Below, piece by piece: positions 32,346-42,686 of a DNA stretch of 64,000 nt (position 1 is the first letter of the stretch; each line of letters starts with the position of its first letter). The position numbers and the translations under genes are program-made. Below the pieces are notes generated by a model. It worked only from the letters and a program-made list of their open reading frames with translations. It had not been told where the DNA came from and searched no databases. Source of the DNA: Candidatus Omnitrophota bacterium (GTDB lineage Bacteria > Omnitrophota > Gorgyraeia > JABMRG01). The stretch is from assembly GCA_028716165.1 (NCBI GenBank), contig JAQUQI010000002.1:10431-74430 (forward strand), given 5' to 3'.

Positions 32346-34007
32346 ATGGCAAACATAAATGAGGTCCGGATTCCGGAAGAATTATTGCTAAGCGTCAGAA
32401 AGCCTGCCCGTTATATAGGTTGTGAAATTAATTCCATAACAAAGGATTGGGATAAGGCAAGGGTGAGGTTCTGCCTGTGTTTTCCTGACTTGTATGAAAT
32501 AGGGATGAGTAATCTCGGTATAAAGATCCTTTATCATATTCTAAACAGGCAAGAGAGTATATTGTGCGAACGTTGTTTTACTCCCTGGATTGACATGGAA
32601 AAAGTCTTGAGGGATAACAGTATCCCGTTATTCTCGCTGGAGAATAAAATGCCTCTGAAGTATTTTGACATCCTGGGTTTTTCTTTTTCATATGAATTAT
32701 CTTACACTAATATGCTTACCATGCTTGATCTGTCCGGCATACCTTTTTTATCCGCTCAAAGAAAAAACGGCGCTTACCCGCTTATAATTGCGGGGGGCTC
32801 TTGTGTCGTAAATCCCGAACCTCTGTCTGAATTCGTGGATATTTTTGTTATCGGAGACGGTGAAGACGCCGCGGTTGAAATAGCGAATGCTTATGATAAA
32901 TATAATTCCGATAAGAGCCTTATACTGCGCCATTTGTCACAAATAGAAGGCGTATATGTTCCGGCTGTCCGTTCACCCGCAGCCAAGGTGGTAAAGAGAG
33001 TCACGCGAACATTGGAAAAAGCGGATTTTCCTACAAAACCAATAGTCGCTTACATAGAACCTGTTCACGACAGGATAACGGTTGAGATTATGAGAGGATG
33101 CCCCAATAATTGTTATTTCTGCCAGGCGAGGTCGGTTTATGGGCCCGTGAGGCTCCGTGACAAGGGCCAGATACGCGACCTTGCCAAAGAGTCGTACAGG
33201 AATACAGGTCTTGACGAAGTCTCGCTTTTATCACTTTCAAGCGCGAGCTATCCGGGTATTGAAGGCCTTATAACCGAACTTACAAGCATGTTTTTGCCGT
33301 TGGGCGTGGGCATCTCTTTGCCATCCCTTAGGATAGAGGAATCCACGTTAAATATACCGTCTCTTGTTAGCGCCGTAAAAAAAAGCGGGCTTACTTTCGC
33401 GCCGGAAGCGGCTACCGACAGGATGCTTAAAAAGATAAATAAGAATATAGAAAAAGAAAAGCTCTTTGCCGTTTTGAAGCAGGCATTTTCCAGAGGCTGG
33501 CGCAGAGTCAAGCTCTATTTCATGATCGGCCTTCCTGATGAGACGGATGAAGACGTGCGGGGCATCATTGATTTTGCAAGGGCAATTGATTCTCTAAGAA
33601 GGGAAGTCTCGCCAAGGCCTGTTGATATCGTGGTAAGCGTTTCATCGTTTATACCGAAACCCCATACCTTTTTCCAGAGGCAGGCGATGGCCGATCCGTC
33701 TGAATTATTGAGAAAGCAGGCCATGCTTCTGTCCGCTTCCAAAAAGACAAAGTGCCTTAAGCTTAAATTTTCCGATGTTAATACCAGCGTTTTAGAAGCG
33801 GTATTTTCAAGGGGTGATAAGGGCCTTGGGCGGATTATCCGGTCTGCCTGGGAACAGGGGGCACGGTTTGACGCGTGGTCTGAAACCTTTAATCCCGCTA
33901 TATGGGATAAGGCATTTGAGATATGCGGCATTGATAAGAAACGCTATCTTGGGCGAAAAGATAATGATGAAGCACTGCCGTGGTCTCACATTGTAACCGG
34001 GCACTGA
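32346..34007 (+). CDS. B12-binding-domain radical SAM protein (TIGR03960-like)
   Basis: CPNNCYFCQ radical-SAM cysteine triad in the middle, with an N-terminal B12-like domain. Position upstream of a DUF2344-like ORF and rng matches the known TIGR03960/TIGR03936/rng synteny. Confidence 0.7.
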   Translation: MANINEVRIPEELLLSVRKPARYIGCEINSITKDWDKARVRFCLCFPDLYEIGMSNLGIKILYHILNRQESILCERCFTPWIDMEKVLRDNSIPLFSLENKMPLKYFDILGFSFSYELSYTNMLTMLDLSGIPFLSAQRKNGAYPLIIAGGSCVVNPEPLSEFVDIFVIGDGEDAAVEIANAYDKYNSDKSLILRHLSQIEGVYVPAVRSPAAKVVKRVTRTLEKADFPTKPIVAYIEPVHDRITVEIMRGCPNNCYFCQARSVYGPVRLRDKGQIRDLAKESYRNTGLDEVSLLSLSSASYPGIEGLITELTSMFLPLGVGISLPSLRIEESTLNIPSLVSAVKKSGLTFAPEAATDRMLKKINKNIEKEKLFAVLKQAFSRGWRRVKLYFMIGLPDETDEDVRGIIDFARAIDSLRREVSPRPVDIVVSVSSFIPKPHTFFQRQAMADPSELLRKQAMLLSASKKTKCLKLKFSDVNTSVLEAVFSRGDKGLGRIIRSAWEQGARFDAWSETFNPAIWDKAFEICGIDKKRYLGRKDNDEALPWSHIVTGH

Positions 34008-34139
34008 ACGTTCAGGCGAAATATCGCTTTTGGCCTGCCGCGGACAGTGCCCATTGAACACTGCAGGAGGGCCTGCTATTTTCCAAAGCCTTGAATTCCT
34101 GCTGACACGGGCTGAAATTTCTATACCTTGTTGTTTATA

Positions 34140-34168
34140 TTGACACAAGAATTTCTCTATGTTATGCT
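34140..34168 (+). promoter_or_regulatory. Sigma70-type promoter TTGACA-17-TATGCT upstream of the pilin-like ORF
   Basis: TTGACA at 34140-34145 and TATGCT at 34163-34168. A GGAGG SD lies at 34211-34215. Confidence 0.4.
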
Positions 34169-34221
34169 TTAAATAAAAATCCGCGTAGATAATACCTTAG
34201 CCCGTATTAGGGAGGTAAGCC

Positions 34222-34677
34222 ATGGCAGTATCCGGTAAAAAAGGTTTTAGGTTTGTTAAAATTATGGTAATTGCCGGTATTGCGGCCCTGTTGTCAGCCG
34301 CAGTTCTTTTGGGTATTATGAAGTCAAAGCAGAGTATTAATGAAAAAAATGCCATAGCGTCATTAGCGCTGATACGTTCAGCCATGGAGAGTTTTCGCGC
34401 CGGGCAGACACCCCGGCTATATACAAATGCCGTTAATCTAAACGTTTTGTCAACAGCCAATCCACCCTATATTGGTACCGCGCTTGGTAGCGGGACAAAA
34501 CAGGGATATAATTTTCGTTTAGCCGATGTTACGGCTTATGCTTATACTATCCAGGCAAGGCCTGTCATGCCAAGGGTTACGGGCGGCAGGTCTTTTGTCC
34601 TTGATGAGACAGGCCTGCTAAGGGCCAGGCAGCAGTCCGATTGGCTTAAAAAAGGCCAAGGTGAGATTATTAAATAG
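34222..34677 (+). CDS. Hypothetical prepilin/pseudopilin-like protein
   Basis: N-terminus KKGFRFVKIMVIAGIAALLSAAVLLG resembles a class-III (type IV pilin) leader plus hydrophobic helix, but has Lys rather than Glu at +5. Strong SD (GGAGG) and its own TTGACA-17-TATGCT promoter. Confidence 0.3.
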   Translation: MAVSGKKGFRFVKIMVIAGIAALLSAAVLLGIMKSKQSINEKNAIASLALIRSAMESFRAGQTPRLYTNAVNLNVLSTANPPYIGTALGSGTKQGYNFRLADVTAYAYTIQARPVMPRVTGGRSFVLDETGLLRARQQSDWLKKGQGEIIK

Positions 34678-34945
34678 TAGGCGAACTGCCCATATACAAC
34701 ATTAGAGACTTTTTTGAGTTTTAAGCGCCGCGCTTTACCCGATCCAAGCGTGGCAGCATACCCTGATGGCGTAATAAGAATTTTAGAGATAAAAACAGCG
34801 CCTTGAATAGAGAGCATTGGAATATCGCACCAGTTTTGAAGCTTAAGTATCATTTTATCTCTCAAACGATATACTGCGCTTCTTGAGAAAAGACAGTATC
34901 GCGGACAGAAATCAAAATGTCTGTAAATAAGGTGGAACAATTACC

Positions 34946-35245
34946 GTGATGGATGAAGTAAAAAATACCGTAGTTGTGCTATTTAGTAAAACAGCTTTTA
35001 TGCGTTATATCTCCCATCTAGACCTGATGAGGTTATTCCACAGGGCTTTAAGGAGGGCGGGGTTTAAGCTGTATCTTACCAAAGGTTTTAATCCAAGGCC
35101 CATTATCAGGCTAAAGAACGCCCTGAAGCTTGGAATTGAAGCCCACGATCAAGAGGCGGAGTTTGTCTTAGCGGAATGTGTTAACAGGGACGTATTTATT
35201 GCCAGGATGAACAGCCTGCTTCCTGACGGCATACGGTTAAGTTGA
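34946..35245 (+). CDS. DUF2344 (TIGR03936-like) radical-SAM-associated protein, N-terminal half only
   Basis: RYISHLDLMRLFHRALRRAGFKLYLTKGFNPRP matches the DUF2344 N-terminal block. The ORF stops after 99 aa, whereas family members are roughly twice that length. May be a truncated remnant. Confidence 0.45.
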   Translation: MMDEVKNTVVVLFSKTAFMRYISHLDLMRLFHRALRRAGFKLYLTKGFNPRPIIRLKNALKLGIEAHDQEAEFVLAECVNRDVFIARMNSLLPDGIRLS

Positions 35246-35376
35246 TTTCCGGAATCAAGTGTCCGGGCTGGCGATGAGATTTGCCGCCTCCCGCGCTCTT
35301 TCCAGAATGTTTTTAATTTTTTATATAGGCGGTATTTATTTTTTAAACTATTTTTTAGAAAGGGAAAGATAAGAAT

Positions 35377-36867
35377 ATGCAACAGGATATATTGATAAAC
35401 ATTGAGGCAGGGGAAAGGCGTGTAGCCATATTAAGGGATAAAAAGCTTGAATGGTATTTCGTTGAACGCGTTTCTGAAAAACGGATAGTGGGTAATATTT
35501 ATAAGGGTATAGTTACATCCGTATTAAACGGTATGGGCGCGGCGTTTGTGGATTTTGGCCTGGGGAAAAATGGGTTTTTATATGTTGATGATATCATACC
35601 GCAGGATATTGATGAGGACGATGCCGAGCCTATGCCAAAGAAAAAGAACAATCGGCATAAGCACAGCACGCGTATCAGCGATATAGTTCAAAAGGGCCAG
35701 GAGGTCATTGTCCAGGCGGAAAAAGAATCATTGGGCACGAAAGGGGCAAGGCTTACGACGCATCTTTCTCTGCCGGGCAGATATCTTGTATTAATGCCCG
35801 CGTTAGGCCGTAACGGCGTCTCTCGCAGAATCAAAGACGACAAGGAACGGTTGAGGATAAAATCCATACTTAATGAGATAAAACTTCCCGAAGGCATAGG
35901 ACTTGTGGCAAGGACAGCGGCGGAAGGCTGTGACAAAAGAGATATCCTGCGTGACATTAATTATCTGCTTGATACGTATCATAAGATAAACAAGGCCTTT
36001 AAAGAACAGAAGGCCCCGGCGCTCTTGTTTGAAGAGTATGATATCGGCCTTAAGATGATAAGGGATTTTCTGAATAAGGATACAGCATCAGTGATAGTTG
36101 ATGAGAAGCAGGAGTTTAAGCGCTTAAAGGCTTTTACCCAGCGCATAGCCCCTAAATACCGGAACAGGGTTGGTTTTCATAACGCCAATTTGCCGCTCTT
36201 TGAAAAATTCAATATTGAGTCCGAAATTGACAGGCTCTTTGAAAGGAAGATATTTTTAAAATGCGGCGGCTATATCACGATTGAACAGACCGAAGGCATG
36301 ATAGCCATAGATGTAAACAGCGGCCGCTTTACAGGTAAAAAAAATTTGGGTGATACCATATTTAAAGTTAACCGCGAGGCTGCCGACGAAGTTGCGCGCC
36401 AATTGCGCTTAAGGGACATAGGAGGTATTGTTATAATAGATTTTATTGATATGGAGTCAGCCGCCCAACGCAAAGAGATCCTTTCTATACTGCAGGACGC
36501 GCTAAAAAAAGACAAAGCAAGGACTAATATTATATCCTTTTCGGAATTAAACGTTGTTGAAATGACGCGTCAAAGAGTCAGGAAAAGCTTAGAAAGCGTC
36601 TCTTATGAAAATTGCCCTTATTGCCGGGGAAAGGGCATGGTAAAATCCGATGAGGCGATGGCCACGCTGGTGCTTAGAAAATTGAAGAGTTTTATCAAAA
36701 CCAACAGCAGAAAAAAAGACATAGAGATATGCGTTCATCCGAATATTGCCCGCAGGCTTGTAAACCAGGACGCGCCGGCCATAGACAACTTAAAACGCCT
36801 TTTCAGAAGGCGCGTATCGGTAGTCTCTGATGAAGCTTTGCATATTGAAGAAATAAATATCAGGTAA
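35377..36867 (+). CDS. rng: Ribonuclease G / RNase E-family endoribonuclease
   Basis: S1 domain (IYKGIVTSVLNGMGAAFVDFGL), a DNase-I-like catalytic core, and a zinc link (CPYCRGKG). Confidence 0.85.
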   Translation: MQQDILINIEAGERRVAILRDKKLEWYFVERVSEKRIVGNIYKGIVTSVLNGMGAAFVDFGLGKNGFLYVDDIIPQDIDEDDAEPMPKKKNNRHKHSTRISDIVQKGQEVIVQAEKESLGTKGARLTTHLSLPGRYLVLMPALGRNGVSRRIKDDKERLRIKSILNEIKLPEGIGLVARTAAEGCDKRDILRDINYLLDTYHKINKAFKEQKAPALLFEEYDIGLKMIRDFLNKDTASVIVDEKQEFKRLKAFTQRIAPKYRNRVGFHNANLPLFEKFNIESEIDRLFERKIFLKCGGYITIEQTEGMIAIDVNSGRFTGKKNLGDTIFKVNREAADEVARQLRLRDIGGIVIIDFIDMESAAQRKEILSILQDALKKDKARTNIISFSELNVVEMTRQRVRKSLESVSYENCPYCRGKGMVKSDEAMATLVLRKLKSFIKTNSRKKDIEICVHPNIARRLVNQDAPAIDNLKRLFRRRVSVVSDEALHIEEINIR

Positions 36868-36976
36868 CGATACATTGTTTTCACGTGCGGTGTAAACCGG
36901 GCCATGGGCATCCTGACACCATTCCAGTATCAGGCCAGGGAGAGCGCGGGGGGCATAGCCGAAGGGTTAATTTTGC

Positions 36977-37005
36977 TTGCCATTTATAATATTATATGTT
37001 ATACT
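36977..37005 (+). promoter_or_regulatory. Sigma70-type promoter TTGCCA-17-TATACT upstream of rplU-rpmA-obg
   Basis: TTGCCA at 36977-36982 and TATACT at 37000-37005. Leaves a ~40 nt leader before the rplU SD. Confidence 0.4.
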
Positions 37006-37047
37006 CACTAATCTGATTTACAAAAAATAAAGCGGAGGAGTATTGTA

Positions 37048-37356
37048 ATGTTAGCGATAGTAGAGATAGGCCCTGGCCAGGAGAAGGTCAGCGCGGGCGA
37101 TATTCTGGATATCCCGCGTACACAGAATAAAAAAGAAGTTATCCTTGACAAGGTACTTATGGTAATATCAGGCAATGATATTGAAGTGGGTTCTCCTTAT
37201 ATCAAAGGCGCCAAGGTCGTATGTGATATTATCGGAGATATAAAGGGAGAAAAGAAGATAGCATACAAATACAAAAGAAGGAAAAGCTACCACAGAAAGG
37301 TAGGCCACAGAGACCTTTTAACTCGCGTTAAGGTCAAGGAGATCAAAACGGCATAG
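37048..37356 (+). CDS. rplU: 50S ribosomal protein L21
   Basis: [23 protein letters not shown]..., typical L21. AGGAG SD. Confidence 0.9.
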   Translation: MLAIVEIGPGQEKVSAGDILDIPRTQNKKEVILDKVLMVISGNDIEVGSPYIKGAKVVCDIIGDIKGEKKIAYKYKRRKSYHRKVGHRDLLTRVKVKEIKTA

Positions 37357-37378
37357 CCGGTGTATAAGAGGTGAAACA

Positions 37379-37618
37379 ATGGCACATACAAAATCGCAAG
37401 GTAGTTCAAGGAACGGCAGAGACAGCGCGTCTCAACGCCTTGGCATAAAGAGATACGGCGGACAGCTTGTCAGCGCAGGCTCTATAATTGTACGCCAGCG
37501 CGGCACAAGGTTCCTGCCTGGGCTCAATACAGGTATTGGCAAGGACGACACGCTTTTTGCCAAGATTGACGGCAAGGTGAGTTTTAGAGGCAGGAAAGTA
37601 GACATTACTGCCGCTTAA
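37379..37618 (+). CDS. rpmA: 50S ribosomal protein L27
   Basis: [16 protein letters not shown]...KRYGGQ, typical L27. Confidence 0.9.
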   Translation: MAHTKSQGSSRNGRDSASQRLGIKRYGGQLVSAGSIIVRQRGTRFLPGLNTGIGKDDTLFAKIDGKVSFRGRKVDITAA

Positions 37619-37629
37619 GGCGGTTTGCT

Positions 37630-38652
37630 ATGTTTATAGACACTGCTAATATAACGGTCAAAGCCGGTTCAGGCGGACGCGGTGTAGACACTTTCTATCG
37701 GGATAAGTTTAATATGAAGGGCTTTCCTGACGGCGGTGATGGCGGAGACGGCGGGGATATTGTATTAAGGGTGAGCACTAATGTGCACACCCTTATTGAT
37801 TTTAGGTACCGTCAGCTTTTTCAGGCCAAAGACGGCCTCCGGGGCGGCCCCCAGCAACAACACGGTAAAAACGGCCCAAGGCTGGTAATAGATGTACCTG
37901 AAGGCACATTGGTCTATGACGCGGGAAAGAACTGCCTTATAAGGGATATGCTGAAAAAAGGCGATGAGATAATTGTTGCCAAAGGCGGCCGCGGCGGGAA
38001 GGGCAATAGGAGCCATAAAAATGCGATACCCGGAGAAAAGGGCGAGGAAAAAAAACTTTTCCTGGAGCTTAAGCTTATAGCGGATATCGGCATAGTGGGC
38101 CTTCCAAACGCAGGCAAATCAACCCTTATGTCAAAGATGTCAAACGCGCATCCTAAGATAGCGGCCTTTGCTTTTACGACAAAGAACCCTGTTCTTGGTG
38201 TTGTCCGATACGATGACGGCAAGGCCTTCAAGATCGCGGAGATACCGGGACTTATAGAAGATTCTCATAAAGGCCGCGGGCTCGGGGACAAATTTCTGCG
38301 TCATGCCGAAAGGACTAAACTTTTTGTGCACCTGGTTGACTTTTCAAAGCCGGCCCCTGAAGAGGTTGTGGCTGATTATAACAATATCAATAAAGAACTC
38401 AGGCTTTACAGCCAAAATCTTGCTTCAAAAACCCAGATTATAGTTGGGAATAAAATGGATACCTGCCAGGCGAAGCATAATTTTAATTCTGTCAAAAAGT
38501 CCATTGGCAAAAATATTATTCCTATATCCGCAAAGGAATCAACCGGCATTGATAGGCTGATAAAGGTTATAATCAGACAATTACGGATTGCTGATAGCCT
38601 TGAAACGGATATTGGCATGGCGAAACAGGCATATACCGAAGGCGCGATATGA
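37630..38652 (+). CDS. obg: GTPase Obg
   Basis: Obg fold N-terminus (FIDTANITVKAGSGGRG) and G domain (GLPNAGKST, DIPGLIE, NKMD). Confidence 0.9.
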   Translation: MFIDTANITVKAGSGGRGVDTFYRDKFNMKGFPDGGDGGDGGDIVLRVSTNVHTLIDFRYRQLFQAKDGLRGGPQQQHGKNGPRLVIDVPEGTLVYDAGKNCLIRDMLKKGDEIIVAKGGRGGKGNRSHKNAIPGEKGEEKKLFLELKLIADIGIVGLPNAGKSTLMSKMSNAHPKIAAFAFTTKNPVLGVVRYDDGKAFKIAEIPGLIEDSHKGRGLGDKFLRHAERTKLFVHLVDFSKPAPEEVVADYNNINKELRLYSQNLASKTQIIVGNKMDTCQAKHNFNSVKKSIGKNIIPISAKESTGIDRLIKVIIRQLRIADSLETDIGMAKQAYTEGAI

Positions 38653-39437
38653 AGAGAAATATTATTGTCGTAAAGGTTGGAACCGCTGTCCTGGGAAGAC
38701 AGTTACTAAACAGGCGCGCGAGGCCGGGCAAGCTTGACTCCGCTTTTATTAGGGAGCTTGCCCGTCAGACATGCGTTCTCAAAGATATGGGTTTTCGGGT
38801 AATAATAGTTTCGTCAGGGGCTATAGGTGCCGGCATGGAGGCCCTTGGCCTTGACAAGCGGCCCCAGGATTTAAACAAGCTTCAGGCCTGCGCGGCCATT
38901 GGCCAGGGCAAGCTTATGAAGCTTTATGAGGAGAATTTTCGTTTTCATAAAAAGCACGCCGCGCAGATACTCCTTACGCGTGAAGATTTTTCAAGTGTTA
39001 AGCGGATTTCAAACGCGAAGAAGACCATAATGAGCCTGTTGGATGATTATAACGCGGTACCTGTCATAAATGAAAATGATACGATAGCGGTTGAGGAGAT
39101 TAAATTTGGCGATAATGACAGGCTTTCGGCTTTTGTGGCAAAAGCAATATCAGCTTACGCGCTTATAATGCTTACCAATGTGGATGGTTTATATGAATCC
39201 GGCAGTCATAAGCTGATACGTATTGTTAAAAGGATAGATAAAAGAATTGAAAGAATGGCCCAGCCTTCTGTCAGCTGTCTGGGCAGGGGCGGTATGGCAA
39301 GTAAGATCCAGGCCGCGAATATAGCGGTATCTTCAGGCATAACAACCGTAATCGCTAATGGCAGGGCCAGGGATGTGCTTATCGGCATTGCCAATAATAG
39401 GATTAGCGGCACGGTTTTTGTCCCATTGAAAACTTAA
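38649..39437 (+). CDS. proB: Glutamate 5-kinase (no PUA domain)
   Basis: Amino-acid kinase fold (VVKVGTAVL..., SSGAIGAG). Conserved obg-proB-proA order. Confidence 0.85.
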   Translation: MKRNIIVVKVGTAVLGRQLLNRRARPGKLDSAFIRELARQTCVLKDMGFRVIIVSSGAIGAGMEALGLDKRPQDLNKLQACAAIGQGKLMKLYEENFRFHKKHAAQILLTREDFSSVKRISNAKKTIMSLLDDYNAVPVINENDTIAVEEIKFGDNDRLSAFVAKAISAYALIMLTNVDGLYESGSHKLIRIVKRIDKRIERMAQPSVSCLGRGGMASKIQAANIAVSSGITTVIANGRARDVLIGIANNRISGTVFVPLKT

Positions 39438-39448
39438 GAGAGTATGAT

Positions 39449-40705
39449 ATGGATACAGCCCGCGATATTATAGAAAAAACCCAAAACGCGAGAATAGCAT
39501 CAAAAGAGCTTGCCAATGCCTCGTCAGCCGATAAAAATAAAGCCCTTATGCGCATGGCGGACGGCCTTGGCAAGGAGCGTGATTTTATCCTGTCGGAAAA
39601 CAGGAAAGATGTTTCGGCCGCGAGAAGAGAAGGCCTCTCAAAGGCAATGATAGACAGGCTTATGTTAGACGCCCGCCGGCTTAATGATATGGCGGTATCT
39701 ATAAGGGCGGTTGCCAGGCTGTCCGACCCCTGCGGGTCTATTGACAGGATGTGGAAAACTCCCAGCAGGCTTATCATCGGGAAGATGAGAATCCCAATAG
39801 GTGTGATAGCTATTGTATATGAGTCAAGGCCTAATGTAACTTCGGACTGCGCCAGCCTGTGCCTTAAAAGCGGTAATTCCGTAATATTAAAAGGCGGCAA
39901 GGAATCTATCCGTTCAAACATGGCTATATGCGAGGTGCTTAAGAAAGCTGTTATAAAAGCAGGTTTGCCCGCGGGCTGTATCAGTCTGATAGAATCTACG
40001 GACAGAAAGGCCGTGCCATTACTGCTTAAACAAGATAAATATATTGACCTTGTAATTCCGCGGGGAGGAGAGGGCCTTATAAAAGCAATAGCCGAAATAT
40101 CGCGTATCCCCGTTATCAAGCATTATAAAGGTGTCTGCCATGTGTATGTTGATAAAGATGCTGATATAAAAAAAGCGCTTAAAATATGCTTAAACGCTAA
40201 AACCCAACGTCCTGGTGTTTGTAATGCCATGGAGACAATGCTTGTTCATAAGGACATAGCGGGCAAGTTTATGCCCAGGGCTGTTGAAGCCTTGCTCAAA
40301 CAAGGCGTTGAGATCAGAGGATGCCTTAGGGCCATGGGATATTCCCCGCGCATAAAAAAGGCATCAGAAGCTGATTGGTATAAAGAATATCTTGGGCTTG
40401 TCCTTGCCGTAAGAATAGTTGACAGCGCCCGGCAGGCCATGGCCCATATTGCCAAATACGGTTCCGGCCATTCTGACGCGATTGTCACCAGTAATTACGC
40501 GGTATCGCTTGAATTCCTGAAACATGTTGATTCCGCCTGCGTTTATTCAAACGCGTCCACGCGTTTTACGGACGGCTTCCAGTTCGGGTTTGGCTCCGAG
40601 ATCGGTATCAGCACTGATAGGATACACGCCCGCGGCCCGATGGCATTGCAGGAACTGACCATATATAAATACATTATAATAGGCGACGGCCAGATAAGGA
40701 AATAG
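39449..40705 (+). CDS. proA: Gamma-glutamyl phosphate reductase
   Basis: Aldehyde-dehydrogenase-like, 418 aa, with a catalytic Cys region (VCNAMETMLVH). Confidence 0.9.
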   Translation: MDTARDIIEKTQNARIASKELANASSADKNKALMRMADGLGKERDFILSENRKDVSAARREGLSKAMIDRLMLDARRLNDMAVSIRAVARLSDPCGSIDRMWKTPSRLIIGKMRIPIGVIAIVYESRPNVTSDCASLCLKSGNSVILKGGKESIRSNMAICEVLKKAVIKAGLPAGCISLIESTDRKAVPLLLKQDKYIDLVIPRGGEGLIKAIAEISRIPVIKHYKGVCHVYVDKDADIKKALKICLNAKTQRPGVCNAMETMLVHKDIAGKFMPRAVEALLKQGVEIRGCLRAMGYSPRIKKASEADWYKEYLGLVLAVRIVDSARQAMAHIAKYGSGHSDAIVTSNYAVSLEFLKHVDSACVYSNASTRFTDGFQFGFGSEIGISTDRIHARGPMALQELTIYKYIIIGDGQIRK

Positions 40706-40711
40706 CCGATA

Positions 40712-41296
40712 ATGCGCGTAGGAATATTCGGAGGCACATTCAACCCTGTGCATAAAGGCCATATTCTTTTGGCCCAACAGGCAAAAAAGATACTGAAACT
40801 GGATAAGGTGATCTTCGTTCCCGCGCGTGTCCCGCCCCACAAGGCCTCTGCAGGTATAATAGATTCCGCAAAGAGATTCCATATGATAAAACTTGCCATC
40901 GTCGGCAAAAGCGGATTCAAGATTTCTCGTTACGAGCTTGGCAAGAAAGGCAAAGCGTATTCAGTTGATACAGTCAGGCATTTCAGGAAAATATTGCCTA
41001 AAAAAACCAGGCTATATTTTTTAGCCGGAGCTGACATTATCAATAATGTTACATCCTGGAAGGAATCTAAAAAACTATTCGCGCTTTGTGATTTTATTAT
41101 TCTTAGCAGGAGCGGATTCGGGCTTGAAGCAAAAGGGGCGGGGTTTAAGATGTTGGATGCTAAAACATTGGATGTGTCATCAACTATGGTTCGCGGCCTG
41201 CTTCAAGAAAACAAGCCTGTCACAGGCCTTGTTCCAAGGCTTGTGGAGGATTATATTATTCGTAAAGGTTTATATAGGAAGGCCTCCGCCCTGTAA
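40712..41296 (+). CDS. nadD: Nicotinate-nucleotide adenylyltransferase
   Basis: MRVGIFGGTFNPVHKGHI, the (H/T)xGH nucleotidyltransferase motif. Confidence 0.85.
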   Translation: MRVGIFGGTFNPVHKGHILLAQQAKKILKLDKVIFVPARVPPHKASAGIIDSAKRFHMIKLAIVGKSGFKISRYELGKKGKAYSVDTVRHFRKILPKKTRLYFLAGADIINNVTSWKESKKLFALCDFIILSRSGFGLEAKGAGFKMLDAKTLDVSSTMVRGLLQENKPVTGLVPRLVEDYIIRKGLYRKASAL

Positions 41297-41462
41297 ACGT
41301 ATTATAATAACTCCCATTTTATCGTTGCCTGCCCAATATTATCAACTTTTTTAAGTTTTAAGATTTCGCGCGGTTTATTAACTTTTTTTAAAAAAACAAC
41401 AATTACTCTTTATCATATTTATTAATAATGATAAAATATAACATTATAACGCTGGAGACCGC

Positions 41463-42686
41463 ATGACATTGCGTAATTTAAAATTAAGTATATTTCTCGC
41501 GGCCAAAGACATGCTCAATAATCTTGGCTCGCTTGTATTTGTATCAGCGGCGCTGGGTTTCTTATTTGCCAATGTATTATTTTCAAGGTTTATGCTCTAT
41601 GGCTTTGAAAAGAGCATAGGAAGCCTTATACCGAAGGTTAGCGGTAATATGTATGCCACGCCCTTGAGAGGGCAATCCTATATATTTGACACGCAGAGGG
41701 TCCTGTCTTCAATAGGCTTAAATACTACGATAGGCGAGATGAGCCCTGTGCTTGAGATGCCTTGTGTTTTGGAATATAAGGGTTCCAGGATAGTTACCAT
41801 GGCCTGGGGGCTTGAATTCGGCGAGCAGGTCATGGATTTACAAAAACATATCGTTGAAGGCAGTTATTTTTCAGGCCCTGATTCAGAAGAGATAATATTG
41901 GGTAAGATACTGAAAAGGCGTTTCAAATTAAAAATACCCGTTACTGAAGAAATAACGCTTGGAGATTCCGCCAAAGGTATATTTATCAAGGAATATAATA
42001 TAGATAAATTCAATAAAGAGGTCTATAAAGATAAGTACGTGAAGATAACAGGAGTTGCCGATTTCAGAGATTATATAGCCAATAACAGCATTTTCATACC
42101 CTTGCAGACTTTAAGAAACGTTACTACGCTTCAAAACCGTTCATCAAGCGTGTTCATACGGCTCAAAGATGATATGAAAATTGACGAAGCAGGGGTCAAA
42201 CAGTATAAGCCTTATAATCTTGACGTGGAGTTAAAACACTGGAAAGACCGTGATGACTACGGAACTGACGACCTTGTCTACGGCTTTAACCTTATAAGCA
42301 TTATAACCTTTGGCGTGAGTATCATTTGCGCGGCTATATTAGTCGCGTTTATAGTTTTCTATAATACGCAAAAAAAACGAAGGACAACAGGCATACTCCG
42401 GGCCATAGGCATAAAGGGAAGGATATTTTTAACGTTCTTTATTATAGAAGGCGTTCTTTTCGCTGTGATAGGAGTTGTCACGGGGACGGCCCTTTATTAT
42501 TTACTGCAAACGTATCTTAAGGCGCATCCCATAATAATGCCTTTTGGAGATCTGTATCCTATGTTTGAGATAAACAGCTATATTTATGCTACCGCGCTTT
42601 TTTTAGTTGTGTCTTTTATGGCCAGCGTTTATTACGCGGTAAAAAGCGGTAAAGAAAATATAATAAAAGTAATAAGAGGCGATTAA
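41463..42686 (+). CDS. ABC transporter permease, FtsX/MacB/LolCE family
   Basis: TM1, a ~230 aa extracytoplasmic domain, and three C-terminal TM helices. The stop overlaps the start of the ATPase gene. GC noticeably lower than core genes. Confidence 0.75.
   Translation: MTLRNLKLSIFLAAKDMLNNLGSLVFVSAALGFLFANVLFSRFMLYGFEKSIGSLIPKVSGNMYATPLRGQSYIFDTQRVLSSIGLNTTIGEMSPVLEMPCVLEYKGSRIVTMAWGLEFGEQVMDLQKHIVEGSYFSGPDSEEIILGKILKRRFKLKIPVTEEITLGDSAKGIFIKEYNIDKFNKEVYKDKYVKITGVADFRDYIANNSIFIPLQTLRNVTTLQNRSSSVFIRLKDDMKIDEAGVKQYKPYNLDVELKHWKDRDDYGTDDLVYGFNLISIITFGVSIICAAILVAFIVFYNTQKKRRTTGILRAIGIKGRIFLTFFIIEGVLFAVIGVVTGTALYYLLQTYLKAHPIIMPFGDLYPMFEINSYIYATALFLVVSFMASVYYAVKSGKENIIKVIRGD

Noticed and set aside
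36868-36976. Possible tRNA or structured RNA in the rng-rplU intergenic region
   Set aside because: There is no T-loop-like GTTCRANYC box and no cloverleaf-compatible arms. The GC-rich segment (gggccatgggcatcctgacacc...) may simply be an rng terminator or L21 leader element. The evidence is insufficient for an RNA gene.
39403-40119. 238-aa ORF on the minus strand
   Set aside because: It lies entirely antisense within proA, which has strong, full-length homology. The ORF is a low-complexity Ser/Ile/Leu-rich shadow frame with no recognisable motifs.
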